Source: Macrostomum lignano
Lineage: Eukaryota
Assembly (NCBI GenBank): GCA_002269645.1
Contig: NIVC01000901.1
Location: 1 to 64,000, forward strand
DNA: 64,000 bases
Direction of reading: 5' to 3'
In this document: positions 61,040 through 64,000 of the stretch, piece by piece
Layout: each line of letters starts with the position of its first letter
Position numbering within the stretch: position 1 is the first letter of the stretch
Program-made: the position numbers and the translations under genes
The notes under the pieces: model-generated
What the model saw: the letters and a program-made list of their open reading frames with translations, nothing else
What the model was told of the DNA's origin: nothing
The model's database searches: none

Positions 61040-61100
61040 TTGCCTGTCTGTCTGTCTGTCTGTCTGCCTGTCTGTCTGCCTGTCTGTCTGTCTGTCTGCC

Positions 61101-61133
<33 letters not shown>

Positions 61134-61212
61134 GCCTGTCTGTCTGTCTGTCTGTCTGTCTGTCTGCCTGTCTGTCTTAGTGTCTGTCTGTCTGTCTGTC
61201 TGTCTGTCTGCC

Positions 61213-61265
<53 letters not shown>

Positions 61266-61268
61266 GCC

Positions 61269-61305
<37 letters not shown>

Positions 61306-61384
61306 GCCTGTCTGTCTGTCTGTCTGTCTGTCTGTCTGCCTGTCTGTCTTAGTGTCTGTCTGTCTGTCTGTCTGTCTGTCTGCC

Positions 61385-61437
<53 letters not shown>

Positions 61438-61452
61438 GCCTGTCTGTCTTAG

Positions 61453-61489
<37 letters not shown>

Positions 61490-61492
61490 GCC

Positions 61493-61533
<41 letters not shown>

Positions 61534-61578
61534 GCCTGTCTGTCTGCCTGTCTGTCTGTCTGTCTGTCTGTCCGTCTT

Positions 61579-61624
<46 letters not shown>

Positions 61625-61650
61625 GGTCTGTCTGTCTGTCTGTCTCTCTG
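61040..61650. repeat. (CTGT)n microsatellite
   Basis: Long near-perfect tetranucleotide run. Confidence 0.97.
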
Positions 61651-62015
61651 TCGGTCTTCTGTCCACCTAAGCCTTTCTACACACTGTGTGCAGATGCGCA
61701 TCTATTTGTCTGCCGCTAACTTTCACTTTTAGAGAGCACAAACTGTGGCCGCTATTAGGCAGGAAAGGCAGCTTAGATGTAAAATTTCACGAATTTAATT
61801 TGTAGCTCAGTCCATGCGACACTCAGACAGGACTAAAACTGACTGTTTCCATAATTTTGGCACCAATAAGATAAATGTGTTGCGGCTGGATTCCACTTCC
61901 GCTAATTAAATATGGCGGCTGAACATTTTGCTGTTAAGTGTTTGCCGTAGCAATATAAATAGTTTTCTGCCAAATTTCATATAGACAAATAGGCCAAGAA
62001 AAAGATATATAGGTA

Positions 62016-62589
<574 letters not shown>

Positions 62590-62840
62590 TCACTAATGAC
62601 CTGGCTCACCTCTGAGCATCTATAAAACTCTCCAACTCAGAAACTGGCCGCTCAAAGTGCTCTCAAGCCTCTTGCCAACAGAAACGTGCTCAACTATCAG
62701 TTGTTTTTCAAAATCGTCATTACTGCTTAACTGTAATCGTCCGGTAGCTCAAAGTACATATCGCACTAAGAATAAGCAAAAGTTCGTTGAGAGTCTAGAC
62801 ACAGGTGAGCAAGCAGATTGGGGAAGCTGGAATGCCTCAC

Positions 62841-62935
62841 CTGAAACATGACGATGCACAGTGGGATGCCAATCAGCGAGTAGAGCATGCAGGCCAGCTT
62901 GCCCGTCAGCGTTTTCGGAGTTGAATGCCCGTAGC
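62841..62935 (-). CDS. KCNK9: TASK-type two-pore K+ channel, exon with first pore GYG and TM2 (upstream exons outside the window)
   Basis: ttcag|GC TAC GGG gives (G)YGHSTPKTLTGKLACMLYSLIGIPLCIVMFQ|gtgagg, like TASK [32 protein letters not shown]. KCNK3/9/15 orthology is unresolved. Confidence 0.9.
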
Positions 62936-62954
62936 CTGAAATGCGTCAGGTGTA

Positions 62955-63520
62955 GATTAGATTGGATAAAATAAGATTAGATTAGACTAGACTAGAGTAG
63001 ATTGGATTGGATTAGATTCGATTAGAATATATTATTTTAGATGAGAATAGAATTTGTCAGATTATCAGACAAGAGCAGACTCTAATACATGTAGATTTGA
63101 TTAGATTAGATTAGATTGGAATCGATTAGATTAGATAAGAATATATTTGATTAGAATATATTAGACTAGATCAGTTTAGATTAGATTAGATTTGATTAGA
63201 TTACGAGCGTAGATTAGATTAAATTAGATTAGATTAGATTTGATTAGATTACGAGCGTAGATTAGATTAAATTAGATTAGATTAGATTGGATTATACTAT
63301 ATTATATTATATTATATTATATTAAATTAGTCTAGATTAGATTAGATTAGACTAGATTAGATTAGACTAGATTAGACTAGATTAGATTAGATTAAATTTA
63401 ATTAGATCAGATAAGATTGGATAAGATTATTGTAGGTTAGATTAAACTAGATTAGATTAGATTAGACTAGATTAGACTAGACTAGACTAGATTAGATTAG
63501 ATTAGATTAGATTAGATTAG
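62955..63520. repeat. (ATTAG)n degenerate pentanucleotide repeat
   Basis: ATTAG/ACTAG/ATTGG units upstream of the K2P GYG exon. Confidence 0.9.
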
Positions 63521-64000
63521 ACATCAACATATTGGTACTTTACAAAGCTTAGAGAAAAATACTGTAAAAACAGCCTGGATTCACAGGGAAGGACACGAGC
63601 CCCCCGTCTCAGAGATAAATGGGGATGAAATGTTTGCCTTTTAGTCATCTCCCAAGCTGAGAACCCTAAGATAATAATATTGTAACACTTCTTTTCCAAG
63701 CTTTTCTGGGGAGAGCCGATGGCTAGCTCTGGGAGTTGGGCTGCGCACTCCGCATTCCCAGTGTCAGATTTCTCTCATCTGTTCCCATTTTCTGTCTCAG
63801 CTAGCTCATTTTCCCTCTAGTAGAATAATTTTCTCGGGTGCTAATTTCTTTATCCAGCGGGGGGGGGGTTGTCGGCGGCAGCCTTCATGTCCGTATCAAC
63901 AGCTGTCTCTCGATGCTTCTGGGCTTTGACTGTTTTTATCTCTTGAATTGCTACTCGTATTTGCTTGGACAGGATCGGGAATAGCGGCTTTCTACTGCCA

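Noticed and set aside
62955-63520. Possible telomeric or interstitial telomeric repeat
   Set aside because: The unit is ATTAG-based, not TTAGGG or TTAGG.

Overview
Eukaryotic (metazoan) genomic DNA. GC-rich exons with poly-Ala/Gln tracts, AT-rich spacers and minisatellite-filled introns resemble the flatworm Macrostomum lignano (inference only). I reconstructed five host genes by hand-splicing: the 3' end of a CLIP-170/CLIP1 homolog (+), an intronless OGFR-domain gene (-), a 4-exon BSDC1 (-), an ATF2/ATF7/CREB5-type bZIP gene (+) and the 3' part of a TASK-type K2P channel (-). Between the divergent BSDC1 and ATF2-like starts lies a ~32 kb four-level transposon nest whose boundaries are mostly readable from target-site duplications (TSDs). 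A degenerate MULE (13502-45861) contains a decayed Gypsy element A (15543-45594, TSD AAAC). Gypsy-A contains a CMC/EnSpm derivative (22523-29686, itself holding a MITE and a tRNA-derived SINE-like element), a very young non-autonomous LTR element B (29734-41855, TSD TAAG) and a hAT MITE (42046-43182). The 3' LTR of LTR-B is split by an apparently intact two-gene CMC/EnSpm transposon (34625-41708). A mariner relic with a nested MITE follows the nest. The best novelty candidate is a pair of accessory ORFs in the env position of the two LTR elements: each has a TATA-like box upstream and they share a similarly spaced motif, suggesting an uncharacterised retrotransposon accessory protein family. 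All alignments were done by eye; no database searches were run.
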